Part shown: positions 20,701-30,201 of the stretch, piece after piece
Layout of the letters: every line of letters begins with the position of its first letter
How positions within the stretch are numbered: position 1 is the stretch's first letter
Virus record (IMG/VR): IMGVR_UViG_3300007735_000782
Strand: one strand, 5' to 3'
DNA length: 64,000 nt
Source of the DNA: an uncultured virus (IMG/VR IMGVR_UViG_3300007735_000782)
Lineage: Duplodnaviria > Heunggongvirae > Uroviricota > Caudoviricetes
Notes under the pieces: generated by a model
The model's input: only the letters and a program-made list of their open reading frames with translations
Told to the model about the DNA's origin: nothing
Database searches by the model: none
Made by a program: the position numbers and the translations under genes

Positions 20701-22969
20701 CCGTAAAGAAAGCATTAAAACCATCAGTAAGAGTTTTGATGCCGCTTGTCATAGGCATAACAACAGCGTTCAAGAAACCAACAGCTACAGGTTCAAAAGT
20801 TTCATAAAACAGTTTTAAAGAATTTTGCATTCTATTAATTGAACCTTGGAAGGTTTTTGCAGCACCTTCAGCTCCAGGTCCAAATTCTTTTCTCATAACT
20901 ATGCCCACATTTGTGAGCAAGGTTTTCATTGCGCCGCCTTTATAGACTCCATCTTCTAGCGCTTTGGAAAACTTAGTAATTGCTTGTGGTCCTTTGAAAC
21001 CAGCGGCTTCAGCAAAAAGCGCCATAGAGCCAGGTAAAACATCACCTAATTGCCCTTTAAGCTCTTCGCTCATTACCTGGCCTTTACTGGCCATTTGAGC
21101 AAATGCATAATTAACGCGATCAACCTTGTCAGCACTCATGCCAAAAGTGGCTGCTGCTTGGCTAATACCTAAAAACAAATCACGAATTTCATTGCCGCCA
21201 AAACCAGCGGGTTGCATTGAAGCATAAAGCTTAGTAAAACCATCACGAGCCGATTGCAAAGGAACATTATATTTATCTACAACATCAAGAATAAACTGAG
21301 AAGACTGTGCTGCTTCTTGTGCAGATGGTGAAACAGCATTTAAAGTATTTCTAAAACTTTGCAGTTGTCCTACTGCTGACCCCACTTGAGAAGGGAAATC
21401 TGTAAGAAAGGCTAATGCTTTATAAGCAGTTCCAAATAATAAAACTTGTTTCGCAGCAAACGCAAACTCAGTGCCTAGACCTTGAACTATTCCAGCACCA
21501 GGCAGTTTAGGCATATTGAATTGCATACCACCAAAAAAACCGCCGCCTCTACCGCCGCCAGAAGGAGGTGCAGGAGGATTGCCTCCACCACCACCACCAG
21601 GAAGCGGTCCACCGCCGCTCTTTGGAGGTATGCGACCACCGCCATATCCGCCGTCGTATCTGCCTTCACCAGATATAAAATCGCCCACATCCCGTAAAGC
21701 TCTGCTAGCTTTGCTTTTGATTTGACTTGCCGCACCAGCAGCTTTTCCCCCTAGGTCATTAATAGCAGACATTAAAGATTTAATATTGCCAACTGTTGCA
21801 GACGTGTCAATACTTGCAGGAAGAGCACTGCCGCCACCTCCTACTCCTTGCTGAATTTGGGCAGCTCTTTGAGAAAATCCCAAGAAACTACTAGGAGTCC
21901 TACTTGGAGCCTGACTAGTTGCTTGAGCATAGCCTCCTGTACCTCTTGAAAAACCAAGAAAACTATTTGGCGCAGCAGGATAAGCTCGCCCTGCTGGGCT
22001 GGAAACCATCCTTGGCTCATATCCTGAAGATCCAAATTGACCTCTATCTCCCCGCGCATATGGAGCTTCAGAACCTACAGGTAGCGGACCGATAGGAGAA
22101 GTATAGGCTCGTCGGCCAACAAGTTGTCTACGCAATGAGCCCATTGAAGGGCCACCAGGTCCACTAATATCCGAAACTTTTGCTAGTTCAAAGCGCAATA
22201 ATGCAACAATCTTTTTAACTTCAGCAACTGACTTGCGTTTGAAATCTTTTAAACCATTCAAAAAACCAAGTTCAAGACCATCAACACTAAATTCACCAAT
22301 TTGCTTAAATACTTTTGAAGGAGATGCAATGCCAAGAGCATTTTTAATGCCACGTACTCCTTCTTCTCCTACTTTCGCGGCTATTGCTCCAATCTTAGAT
22401 GAAGCATCTTTTAATCCAGCCGCAAAACCATTAATTGCTTCTTGTCCGCTATTAGTAAAACCTTGAACAATAGATTTTCTGTATTCCTCGCTTGTTGCTT
22501 TTGCAAGATTGCCCATTTGACCAACAGCCATTCCGGCTGTGACCATCATCTTGCGAGTGTTTTGTAATTGTTGCTTACTAAAACCTTCTATTGCCTGTGA
22601 TCCTCTAACACCTCCCGAAACAGCACGTCCTATTTCTGCTGTTCCTCCTGCTGGGGGCTTCCCTACTTCTACATATTTAACTTTAATTTCAATGGGAGTA
22701 GCAGTAGCTCTCCTCAATGTTGCCAAGCTTTTATTTAAGGTGCCTATTCGTGTTCTCGCTGCAATTAGCTGATTATCATTAATATCTATAACAGGCTTAA
22801 TTCTTCCTAATGCTTTTAATTGAGCCTCAAAGTTTTTTTTATCAATAATTAAATTGACGGGATAATAATATGCTGCTGCTGTCTGAGCAAGCTTCCCTAG
22901 CTGACTGCGAAAGCTAGCTAGGTCCAGCGTTACATTAAGTCTTAACTCAGGAGCAGCCATATCCGACAA
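17711..22969 (-). CDS. Tape measure protein
   Basis: 1752 aa; 'LGIASPSKVF', 'QMASKGQVMSEELKGQLGD.LPG', C-terminal 'FASGG.V.GPT...GE...EAIIPL'. Confidence 0.95.
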   Translation of the reverse strand: MSDMAAPELRLNVTLDLASFRSQLGKLAQTAAAYYYPVNLIIDKKNFEAQLKALGRIKPVIDINDNQLIAARTRIGTLNKSLATLRRATATPIEIKVKYVEVGKPPAGGTAEIGRAVSGGVRGSQAIEGFSKQQLQNTRKMMVTAGMAVGQMGNLAKATSEEYRKSIVQGFTNSGQEAINGFAAGLKDASSKIGAIAAKVGEEGVRGIKNALGIASPSKVFKQIGEFSVDGLELGFLNGLKDFKRKSVAEVKKIVALLRFELAKVSDISGPGGPSMGSLRRQLVGRRAYTSPIGPLPVGSEAPYARGDRGQFGSSGYEPRMVSSPAGRAYPAAPNSFLGFSRGTGGYAQATSQAPSRTPSSFLGFSQRAAQIQQGVGGGGSALPASIDTSATVGNIKSLMSAINDLGGKAAGAASQIKSKASRALRDVGDFISGEGRYDGGYGGGRIPPKSGGGPLPGGGGGGNPPAPPSGGGRGGGFFGGMQFNMPKLPGAGIVQGLGTEFAFAAKQVLLFGTAYKALAFLTDFPSQVGSAVGQLQSFRNTLNAVSPSAQEAAQSSQFILDVVDKYNVPLQSARDGFTKLYASMQPAGFGGNEIRDLFLGISQAAATFGMSADKVDRVNYAFAQMASKGQVMSEELKGQLGDVLPGSMALFAEAAGFKGPQAITKFSKALEDGVYKGGAMKTLLTNVGIVMRKEFGPGAEGAAKTFQGSINRMQNSLKLFYETFEPVAVGFLNAVVMPMTSGIKTLTDGFNAFFTGQAAQTAGGNALAQQLEQLRPAFDGIRNNIAQILPLLQSFGKTALSLGSILLQIAGNPFVGYLARVYLAVLPLTIAIQALNLSALIPLVRNLLAAVPAFVAFTASQLRGMSTLGSFKAATYGLGLTAAATGVKIRLLSGIIKTAFATTVIGVALLGIGMLIEKLMMAGFKADEAKQKMLQFADSVKQAGKAGDVAGLVTTLAEEKGMAKRMQNAKALLEKIKEGKKSISEQQAQELKALGLTSNMAFFQEGGPKNLSKNLTVQVSMFGVLDANIQAAQQGYLEGQTKIIQSQEALNVAKTKQAEEEKKLEKIKPEGGEDGKTAEREAEKQAKLQDKLANRQDQLALEAANRQVALDQSTFDSRLRMSDAEYDYKRALQDSYFEREMSGLDSIEARQKKFQQDLQAIENRRIDSIRKAELDAVKAVQDLRSASIKAAAVTGGTPGAAKFGDTGRTFNAPGFVHGHVQNMDRGALKGDATSLVKSLLQQGVTPELGYGAQFSRSMSDAQIADLVGRGIAAHKQYASGAGAIDIFVPKGTSVPVPLSNVGNLGGAAGVTGTMPGGSQLMHLDPGSKSSSVGLTTKSGAFAMGRREDKLEGQLAVEQQDAQNKALEKLETIRRANNLALEQTITLVKQNIDSIFPVKEQQLENDLLEMRNNLELKGASKEIIDMEVQKYKAVKENAHNLQMLNEKIAKNNEELTKLKDKKITTEEEKEQIKFLTKQTAEYNIAIAGIPEQQRLFNEQLERTAALAVESPMVKLAKQLNETKKELIEIGSASSIAIGSAKSIGEAFGNSFKSMISGSATVQQSFASLFQSVGDYFLDMASRIITKYIEMQAIQGLMNIFKMFTPGVSAGGVSGVAPAPSNLQPGADFSLPGVISTGMATAANGAVWQGGFAAFASGGIVQGPTLGLVGEGRYNEAIIPLPDGKSVPVQLAGGSEGTSAPINTNIVVNVKNGQSDSQVTGNQGNQLGREIEGAVRQVILKEIRPGGIIYSSR

Positions 22970-22992
22970 TAAGCCTATTGTTAATAGTGTAG

Positions 22993-23469
22993 CTAATCAC
23001 TGCCTTGTTCACGGGTGGAGGCAATTTTTAAGTCTTCAGATAACAAAGCAATTACCCGTCCATCCATTTTTCTTGTTCTCATTAGTTTTTGTAACACACC
23101 AATGGTTTCATCTGAAATTCCGCTATCTTGTTTGATTCGTTTGGTACTAAATGGAAGGAAATCATCCACTGATACTTTTGCCTTCTTCCCGCCTAATGCT
23201 CCTACCACTACGGTGCCAAGTTTGGCCGTAGCAACGCTATTAATATTATATTGTGTAACATCATATTGTTCTAACCATTTCAATGCTTTTATTACATCTT
23301 TCATTTTTTGCTTACCAAAACTATCTGCATCCCATCGGCAATCATTAAAATCTGACGCATTAAGGCGAAAATAAATATCATCCCATTTGGTTAAGTTTTT
23401 TAAAAATTGCCGGGCTTGTTTTTCTAAACGTTCGGCAATGCTTCCTTTGTCCGGCGTGGTGCTTTTTTT
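22993..23469 (-). CDS. Tail assembly chaperone, frameshift extension (gpT-like)
   Basis: -1 frame is open from A AAA AAA (23469-23463) through the ORF listed as 22993..23304. Confidence 0.8.
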   Translation of the reverse strand, partial: KKSTTPDKGSIAERLEKQARQFLKNLTKWDDIYFRLNASDFNDCRWDADSFGKQKMKDVIKALKWLEQYDVTQYNINSVATAKLGTVVVGALGGKKAKVSVDDFLPFSTKRIKQDSGISDETIGVLQKLMRTRKMDGRVIALLSEDLKIASTREQGSD

Positions 23470-23969
23470 GCTTGTCCTGCTTCTTGCGCCTCAGCTTCTT
23501 GCTCGCTAGCAATAAATTCCATACCTTTTACAATCACGCGCCGTCCCATGGCTTTAGTGTCTTCAATGGACCAATCATCAAGGGGCAACCATTCCTCTTT
23601 AATTAGACCTTCGCCTCTGCAACGGATGAATGCAGTTACCATGCGAGCATTACCAGTTTCAACACTACCGCTGCTATTGATCATACCAAGTGTTTCTTCA
23701 GTGAAATCACTTAGTAGTTCCATCTCTGTCATATCAGCACCACCTTGCAACAAGGCAAATGCTTCATCCAATGGAATGTCTTTTGTAGTGGCAATACGTT
23801 TTGCTAATTGCACAGCACGAATAGTTGCCTGGCTTTGAACTTTGCTTAGTTCTTCCTGCTCAATGCCTTCAGCTACCAACCATCCACCATGCTTACGCAA
23901 GCGGATCTTAGGCGTGAGCTCAAAAAACTCAGGCTCTTCGCTTTGGAGAAGAAAACTATACTTGCTCAT
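23424..23969 (-). CDS. Tail assembly chaperone (gpG-like)
   Basis: Position upstream of tape measure; slippery heptamer near 3' end. Confidence 0.8.
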   Translation of the reverse strand: MSKYSFLLQSEEPEFFELTPKIRLRKHGGWLVAEGIEQEELSKVQSQATIRAVQLAKRIATTKDIPLDEAFALLQGGADMTEMELLSDFTEETLGMINSSGSVETGNARMVTAFIRCRGEGLIKEEWLPLDDWSIEDTKAMGRRVIVKGMEFIASEQEAEAQEAGQAKKAPRRTKEALPNV

Positions 23970-24213
23970 GATTTAGCACTGTCAGTACGATGTTGAATCC
24001 CTTCACTCTTTCGCCACCAGAGCGAAATTCTTCAGGGATGTCCACCAAAAAAGAATGATGTTCGTTAGTAATTCTAAGGGTAGTTTCACGAAGCGCAATG
24101 CTGCATAGCACTCCCACTTCAATCTCGTCTCCTTTAATTTTGCAATTGATAGCATGGACTTTTTGGCATTCGCTCCATAAATAATCAATAACCATATAAA
24201 CGCGCAAATTCAA
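23956..24213 (-). CDS. Hypothetical protein
   Basis: Fills gap in tail operon with overlaps; exact start uncertain. Confidence 0.55.
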   Translation of the reverse strand: MNLRVYMVIDYLWSECQKVHAINCKIKGDEIEVGVLCSIALRETTLRITNEHHSFLVDIPEEFRSGGERVKGFNIVLTVLNHEQV

Positions 24214-24640
24214 TGCTTATTCTGGCACTTAAATCAAGCTTTGCTTCGGATTGCTCAAAAAGCAATGGTATCACTAAATCATCTGTCCACTTGCGTGGCA
24301 CACGAGAATGTGGACCTTTGCCTTCGTGAACATAAAAAGCATATTCTTCTCCGCTTGAATTTCTTGCATTCCAATGCCATTTTGCCGATGCGCCAGCAAC
24401 ACTATTTGTTAAAGTAAAGCTATTTTGACCACTTTTAAAAAGAGCCCCAGTGTCGTAAATATCACGAGGATTTCCTGCTGGTGACCTTGCTTTCCTGATA
24501 GTAATAGGTCCTGGATATGGCCATTGCCTATCAATAAATTGCTCACTAAAAAACTTATCATTTAAATCTTCTTCCGCCCAATTATTAAACGCTCTAACAA
24601 GAGCCGCTTCTATAAGTGCTTGGTTTATTAATCTTGCCAT
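24185..24640 (-). CDS. Putative tail completion / neck protein
   Basis: 'RDIYDTG.L..S', 'YA.YVHEG' (HK97 gp10-like pattern). Confidence 0.65.
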   Translation of the reverse strand: MARLINQALIEAALVRAFNNWAEEDLNDKFFSEQFIDRQWPYPGPITIRKARSPAGNPRDIYDTGALFKSGQNSFTLTNSVAGASAKWHWNARNSSGEEYAFYVHEGKGPHSRVPRKWTDDLVIPLLFEQSEAKLDLSARISIEFARLYGY

Positions 24641-24642
24641 TG

Positions 24643-25047
24643 CTATACAGCGTGTTGATACTGAAATACAATGTCAACATCTGGAATTACAATTCGAGCA
24701 TATTGATATTCTCTGTCGCTAGATGGAAAATTACGAACAGTAGCATCAGGGAAATGCCTAATAATGCGATCAATAGCTTCTTCAAGATTTTCGCTAGCTG
24801 GAGCATATTGCGATAACATCACTTCCCATAATTTTGCTTTCCGTACAGTGCCAACCATTGGCCGAGAAGAAATCTCAGGGAACTGGCGTATTACTACTTC
24901 TAATCCTGTTACCTTCCAATCTTTTGGCACACCATATTTACCTTCAACATAAAAAGCTGGCTGTTGCGTATTATTTGGCAGTATGTATGCCCCAATTAAA
25001 TTGTTGACGAGGGCATTAATGGTTTGTCTGAGTTGTAAAATGTTCAT
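24643..25047 (-). CDS. Putative tail terminator
   Basis: Size and position next to tail tube and neck genes. Confidence 0.45.
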   Translation of the reverse strand: MNILQLRQTINALVNNLIGAYILPNNTQQPAFYVEGKYGVPKDWKVTGLEVVIRQFPEISSRPMVGTVRKAKLWEVMLSQYAPASENLEEAIDRIIRHFPDATVRNFPSSDREYQYARIVIPDVDIVFQYQHAV

Positions 25048-25066
25048 GCTCTTATCTTAGCGGAAT

Positions 25067-25091
25067 AAAAAAGCCCCCCTTCCGGGAGGCT
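25067..25091 (-). terminator. Rho-independent terminator after tail tube gene
   Basis: GCCTCCCGGAAGGGGGCTTTTTT on minus strand. Confidence 0.75.
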
Positions 25092-25110
25092 AGAAAATAT
25101 AAAGAAGGGC

Positions 25111-25683
25111 TTAGTTGGGGCCAGTAGGCAGTTTGCTGCTGCCGCTGATTGTGATTTGACCGGCAGCCACAGGGCCACGGCTCATTAAATCAAACGTAAC
25201 TTGTACGAGATTATCAGCAGGATAAGCCTCGCTGTAATTCATTACACAAGCGGCAAACATTGTAGTGTCATAAGTGAAACTACCACCAATAGCCTTGAAC
25301 ACTTGAACAAATACTTCGTAGTTTTTGTCATAACGACTGCGCAGGATAACATCCATGGCTTCATCAAAACCAGTGGATTGAATGGCAGTACCATCCAAGT
25401 CACGTTGGAAGTAAGAAGTAATAGAAGCTTGTGCGCGAGTGGTAACGATCACGCTATCTGCAAAACCGCCACCACCAAGCAGATAGTATTCCTGCTCGGC
25501 GTCATTAATAGCCACAGTAGCGTCAGTAACACCTGCCAGGTAGAACATGGTGGGCGCACCAGAAGCGACAACGGCGCCGCCAACGCTAGATACTGTGGGA
25601 CGTGCGGCTCCTGAAACGGAACCAACGTAGATAATGGTATCTTGGCTCTTGATGAGCTGAGTGGGATGCTGAATGTAGGACAT
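25111..25683 (-). CDS. Major tail tube protein
   Basis: 190 aa, beta-rich, followed by terminator, between neck and chaperone genes. Confidence 0.7.
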   Translation of the reverse strand: MSYIQHPTQLIKSQDTIIYVGSVSGAARPTVSSVGGAVVASGAPTMFYLAGVTDATVAINDAEQEYYLLGGGGFADSVIVTTRAQASITSYFQRDLDGTAIQSTGFDEAMDVILRSRYDKNYEVFVQVFKAIGGSFTYDTTMFAACVMNYSEAYPADNLVQVTFDLMSRGPVAAGQITISGSSKLPTGPN

Positions 25684-25707
25684 TGAAACAAAAGCGAGGG
25701 GAGCGTA

Positions 25708-26097
25708 TTAAGTGTTTAGAACGCTTCCGGCACCAATGGCACGGAAGTAACCATGGATGGGAGCGCCTAAAAGTTGTCTGTAATGAACAGCCATTTCAGT
25801 TGTAGGGAGCAGCTCAAAACGCCCCTCCTGGTTTTCAATGGTGGCTTGCGCCACTTCTCCAGGGGGCACTCCCGAAAACGCTAATGGACCAACTAATCTG
25901 CCCTTCATGTAAATGGCAGTTTCATCAGCACCAAGGCGTTGCTCATAACGCGGATTACGGCTTTGTTTCAATGTGGCGTAGTAAACTCCACTTGTTGTGA
26001 GAGCTACGAGATTGCCAGTATTTGCATCTACGGCGTACCCGCTAGTCACGGCAAAAACCAAAGTGGCATTTGCTAGTGGTGGTGCGGGATTAGTCAT
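25708..26097 (-). CDS. Putative head closure protein
   Basis: Position after adaptor; size. Confidence 0.45.
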   Translation of the reverse strand: MTNPAPPLANATLVFAVTSGYAVDANTGNLVALTTSGVYYATLKQSRNPRYEQRLGADETAIYMKGRLVGPLAFSGVPPGEVAQATIENQEGRFELLPTTEMAVHYRQLLGAPIHGYFRAIGAGSVLNT

Positions 26098-26414
26098 TAG
26101 ACCACAAAGCCGATTAAAGATCCATTGTTAGAAGCTGTTTCGGAGAGTCGCTTGAATTCCTGTCCGTAAAGTGTGGCATCTAAACCATTTCCGTAAACTT
26201 TCCCATCGGTGGCTCCAATTTGAACCCCCATCTGAGCAAGTTGAATAGAAATAATGTGAGCAGCAAGGAAACGAACAGCACGATCTGTTTGATCTCCAAA
26301 AATGTCTGCTCCAACATCAGCACTAGCACTTTCAATGGCTCCATTCACAATCCCCGATGGATGAGGCGTGAATTCAGGAAACCGTTGAATAAAATCAACA
26401 GTAGTAACAGCCAT
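26097..26414 (-). CDS. Head-tail adaptor (DUF4054-like)
   Basis: 'F..RFPEF', 'LAAH', 'T.YGQEF..L'. Confidence 0.8.
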   Translation of the reverse strand: MAVTTVDFIQRFPEFTPHPSGIVNGAIESASADVGADIFGDQTDRAVRFLAAHIISIQLAQMGVQIGATDGKVYGNGLDATLYGQEFKRLSETASNNGSLIGFVV

Positions 26415-26416
26415 GA

Positions 26417-26803
26417 TTAGGCAGCTCCTCTTTTGAGTAAATCCAAGCGTTTGCTGATGGCATTACGAATTCGTATCCGACCTTCCACTTTTTTCCAATC
26501 AGCAAGCTGAGTTTCATCGTGAATAAGTTCAGTGATACGAAGAGCCTCAAGTAGAGGTACGTTTGTAAGAGTTTCAACATCTTGTGGAATTTTTTCCACA
26601 GTCACCTGTTCTCTCACTTCCTCGATAGCGCCAATAGACATAAGCCGTTTAACCACGCGGTTTTCACAAGCTTGTTTCCATTGATTATCAGGAACATCCT
26701 GATTGAGGCCAGGGGTAAGTTGAATCATGCCCCCTTCTGTAATGATGCCGAAGCCACCTTCACGGGGTGGGTTTTCAAGCTCAGGGCGATAAGCAATTAG
26801 CAT
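26417..26803 (-). CDS. Hypothetical head-associated protein
   Basis: Follows capsid gene; 'L.PG.N.....W' and C-terminal 'E.R..IR.AI..RL' helix. Confidence 0.55.
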   Translation of the reverse strand: MLIAYRPELENPPREGGFGIITEGGMIQLTPGLNQDVPDNQWKQACENRVVKRLMSIGAIEEVREQVTVEKIPQDVETLTNVPLLEALRITELIHDETQLADWKKVEGRIRIRNAISKRLDLLKRGAA

Positions 26804-26857
26804 TTTGAAATGTTCGGTAGAACTGCTGATAGCATAACGCCCCTCCCTTGTTTATGA

Positions 26858-27772
26858 TCAAGCAGAAGCTTGAACGTAAATGGCACTCTTGGGGAAGTAC
26901 AAAGCCACACCACCCACGCGAGCATGAGCAGGAACAATGAACTCAAGTCCACGCTGTTGAGGTGGGAACAACTCAAGAGGTTGTGGAATGTGCAGTTGCA
27001 CTTTCTCAGGATCGCGCTTATAAACAACCATGCGATTGGTGGTTAATACGCTATTGCCTTCATCCAACTGGTTGATAGGTTCAACATTGCGGATGTAAGG
27101 ATTGGTGCGAAGGAAATACTCAAGCACAGTAACGTCCGAAGAGTCGGAATTACGAGTGGTGCTTACTACGTTGTAGTCTTCGTAAGCCATCAAGATGGTA
27201 TCGGGCTGCTCCTTCATCTTGGAAGCGTTGATGATGGCAGTAACGCCATAGTTCAACAATTCCAGCATGTCTTGAGCAGTACCACTAGCAGTAGTGCCAG
27301 TAAACCACTTGTTCGCAGTAACAACATCAACAGTTGCATTATTAAAGAAGCCAGCGAGACCAACAGAAGGTTCGCCGAACATGGCAACAGCTTCTACTTT
27401 CTCTTCATAAGCACGACGCACTGCTTGGGCGCGGCGTTGCTCAAGAGCAATATTAGCCATTTGAGCAGCACGGAGTTCCTGCACGGTATAACCGAAGCTA
27501 CCACCGAAAGAACGAATGTTGATGCTCTTTTCCACTTGGCTAACGTCTGCACGGGGCAAATCATCAGCAGCATCTGCAATCAGTTTGAACTCACCAGTGG
27601 AGTCCATGATGCGGAAAGTGAAAGTTTGTGCGCCAGGACCAGCTTCGCTAGTTACAGGAAGAATGGTTGAATATTTGATGTCGGCATAAACCGTTTCAAA
27701 TACTTGGGGGCGGATAAATTCAAGTTGGCGCTCAAGAAAGAGGCCAGCTTCGTCCATACGAAATTCAGACAT
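26858..27772 (-). CDS. Major capsid protein (DUF2184-like, HK97 fold)
   Basis: 'FLERQLE.I', 'ADDLP', 'Y...EL.AA', 'G.FNN', 'GGV..Y.P'; start taken at MSEF after GGAGG. Confidence 0.9.
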   Translation of the reverse strand: MSEFRMDEAGLFLERQLEFIRPQVFETVYADIKYSTILPVTSEAGPGAQTFTFRIMDSTGEFKLIADAADDLPRADVSQVEKSINIRSFGGSFGYTVQELRAAQMANIALEQRRAQAVRRAYEEKVEAVAMFGEPSVGLAGFFNNATVDVVTANKWFTGTTASGTAQDMLELLNYGVTAIINASKMKEQPDTILMAYEDYNVVSTTRNSDSSDVTVLEYFLRTNPYIRNVEPINQLDEGNSVLTTNRMVVYKRDPEKVQLHIPQPLELFPPQQRGLEFIVPAHARVGGVALYFPKSAIYVQASA

Positions 27773-27786
27773 TGGAGGGCCTCCTA

Positions 27787-28344
27787 TCAAGAGTCAGCGG
27801 TAAGGGTGAACGAAGGACCGTTCAATTCAACAATCGCCAGGCCGGAGCCGGTAACAGAAGAAAGGTAACGAGCATTCGCCAGTAAAGCAGTTTTGCCACT
27901 AAGGGCAGCAGAGCGGAATTGACCAGCGTATTGAACACCAGTTGCAGTATGGATAACGCGCACAGCAGTGGCAGGAGTCACTGAACCATGAACATAAACA
28001 GCAACGGCGCCTGCGTTGGCAACATTCATCACTTGCTCGTCTTTCACGCCAGGACGACTGTTGGTATCAAGAGCAGTTTCGTCCACATAAGTGAGAACGT
28101 TTACGCCTTGAACAATATCAGTTGCAGCGGAAATAATTTTAGCGGAATTAGCAACAGTACCACCAGAGTTGTATACAACAACTTTACCGAAAGCCAAAAC
28201 GGCATTGGTTTCATTGATATAAGTGCCAATGGTGTTGTCGCGGATGTCGGACAGTTGGCCTTCCAGCAATGCGGTGTGCTGCAGAGCATAAGTCTGTTGC
28301 ACTCCACCTGCGGAACCACTAGCCCCGGAAAAAGTAACGGCCAT
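27787..28344 (-). CDS. Head decoration / cement protein
   Basis: Between scaffold/protease and capsid; 'FG..V', 'V...G.V.V' pattern. Confidence 0.75.
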   Translation of the reverse strand: MAVTFSGASGSAGGVQQTYALQHTALLEGQLSDIRDNTIGTYINETNAVLAFGKVVVYNSGGTVANSAKIISAATDIVQGVNVLTYVDETALDTNSRPGVKDEQVMNVANAGAVAVYVHGSVTPATAVRVIHTATGVQYAGQFRSAALSGKTALLANARYLSSVTGSGLAIVELNGPSFTLTADS

Positions 28345-28347
28345 GGA

Positions 28348-29544
28348 TCAGCGCTCCTTAGAGACAGAGAGAGGGGATTTCCAAGCATTCTGCAATCTGT
28401 CCATATAGGAAGAAGGTGCAGACATTGGAGACGCAATAGAAGCAACAGCTTTACGCAGTTCTTCTGTAGCAGCAGAATCACCACGAGGGGATTCTGTCAA
28501 AGTGTCGAACATAGCAGTGATATAATCATCAGAACGAGCTGATAAATCAACATCACCACGAACGGCTTTGATGGAGGTTTCCATTATTTCACGAGCTGAA
28601 AGGCCAGTAAAATCAAAAGCACTATCAAGGGAAGGACGTGCTTTGTCGATGAGCGCAACACGCTCTTCAACAAGACCATCGACGTTCACTTTTTGTGCTT
28701 CGGAAAGCTCAGCCTTAAGACTTTCTACTTCCTCTGCAAGTGCATCGGCCCGCCCTTCAGCAGAGTCGGTTTTACCTTTCATCTCCTTTTGCATGGCATC
28801 CATTTCTTCCTTCATTTTGGAAGCTTCAGCCATCATGCCATCGTATTTTTTCTTCATGTCCTCGTAGGACATCTTGGCGTCTTCCCGTTCTTTAGTGATT
28901 GCTAGAGCTACGCTCTCGGTCACCTCAAACTCGGCGCCATCAAAATTGACTTTTGCAGTCATTGATGAATCCTCAGTAAAAGTAAATAAAGAAGGATCGG
29001 CAGCATCTAGACGATCTAGATGAAGCTTCACTTGCGGGCCAGCGCGGCCCCGACGAACAACAGCAATGTGATTTCCGCTGATTTCCTTTTGGATGCCATC
29101 GTAATTTTCACCGCTATCAGTTACACCAGGAATCGCCTCATAATTGACGCGATAGCCAGCGCTGACTTCTTTTGCATCACCACGCATAATACGTTCAATG
29201 GCATCTTTATCAGTGATTGTCATAACGGCACGAACGAAACCGTTGTCATAAACCACTTCAGTGCCACTAAATCCAATTTGATAATCCTTTGTATTAGAAC
29301 TATCTAAGAGGACAGATGGATGTTCAAGAGTGATCGCTTTGCCCGCAAACGAGGCCAAGCTAACAGGAGATGCCACTTCTGATTCCGGGCGATATTCGCG
29401 ACGAATAGAACCATCCGCATCGGTGTACTGTTGCACACCAGTGCGAGCGATGGTTGCCCAAGCACGAAGATAACCTTCAGGGGTCAGTTCATACTTGTCA
29501 ATCGGCGCTACATCGTAACGGAAGCAAGTGTCACTCATACCCAT
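28348..29544 (-). CDS. Prohead protease/scaffold (DUF2213 family)
   Basis: 'TPEGYL....IARTG.Q.Y', 'ITLEHP', 'EVSAGY', 'NHIAVV..GRAG'; coiled-coil C-terminal scaffold. Confidence 0.9.
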   Translation of the reverse strand: MGMSDTCFRYDVAPIDKYELTPEGYLRAWATIARTGVQQYTDADGSIRREYRPESEVASPVSLASFAGKAITLEHPSVLLDSSNTKDYQIGFSGTEVVYDNGFVRAVMTITDKDAIERIMRGDAKEVSAGYRVNYEAIPGVTDSGENYDGIQKEISGNHIAVVRRGRAGPQVKLHLDRLDAADPSLFTFTEDSSMTAKVNFDGAEFEVTESVALAITKEREDAKMSYEDMKKKYDGMMAEASKMKEEMDAMQKEMKGKTDSAEGRADALAEEVESLKAELSEAQKVNVDGLVEERVALIDKARPSLDSAFDFTGLSAREIMETSIKAVRGDVDLSARSDDYITAMFDTLTESPRGDSAATEELRKAVASIASPMSAPSSYMDRLQNAWKSPLSVSKER

Positions 29545-29599
29545 ACTCTATCAAATAATTTAACGCAAGATAGACTAACTTAGGATATATTGCCTAAGA

Positions 29600-29896
29600 A
29601 TGCAGCACATTCAACTTCATCGCCTCACCACTCGCTTTAAGGCTCCAAACGTCACTATTCAAGAAAGCAGGCAAGTTATTGGTCAACGCATGAAAGAAGC
29701 AAGATTGAATTGCGGTTTGTCGCAACAGGATATAGCGCAGATTTTGCACTGCGATCAAACTACTGTTTCACGAATGGAACGCGGAGCAATATCTCCTGAT
29801 TGCGCTCAAATTCGCACACTTAGCTCAGTGTTTCAACTTTCTATTTTGTATCTACTTGGCTATCCCACTTTCGTGGTATCTGCTGTTAGCAATTAA
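29600..29896 (+). CDS. XRE-family helix-turn-helix regulator
   Basis: 'IGQRMKEARL..GLSQ.DIA..L......VSRMERG...P'. Confidence 0.85.
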   Translation: MQHIQLHRLTTRFKAPNVTIQESRQVIGQRMKEARLNCGLSQQDIAQILHCDQTTVSRMERGAISPDCAQIRTLSSVFQLSILYLLGYPTFVVSAVSN

Positions 29897-30201
29897 TCAT
29901 CATCTTCGTCGTCACGCAAATCCGCTAGTTGATTCTCAATGCCTTCCATTACATATGCCTTGGCTATTGCTTCAGCTTCAAAAACCAAAAACTTAGTTTC
30001 TTCAAACTGCTCATCAGGCTTGTCGTAAGAATTCTTAACGAAAATATGCGTTTCATCAAAACGACCATTTCTGAAATGCTGTTCCTCGACCAACCGCCAA
30101 TGAGAGGTATTGCGGTGTTCATTGCATGAAAGAATAGCCAGCGCCTTCATGGTGCCAATGCCTTCATCTTCTTCCTCGATGACGCGGACAAATTCGCTCA
30201 T
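29893..30201 (-). CDS. Hypothetical acidic protein
   Basis: ATGA-coupled to upstream ORF. Confidence 0.65.
   Translation of the reverse strand: MSEFVRVIEEEDEGIGTMKALAILSCNEHRNTSHWRLVEEQHFRNGRFDETHIFVKNSYDKPDEQFEETKFLVFEAEAIAKAYVMEGIENQLADLRDDEDDD

Noticed and set aside
170..28905. Numerous + strand ORFs opposite structural genes
   Set aside because: Antisense shadows of long minus-strand genes with no recognisable motifs
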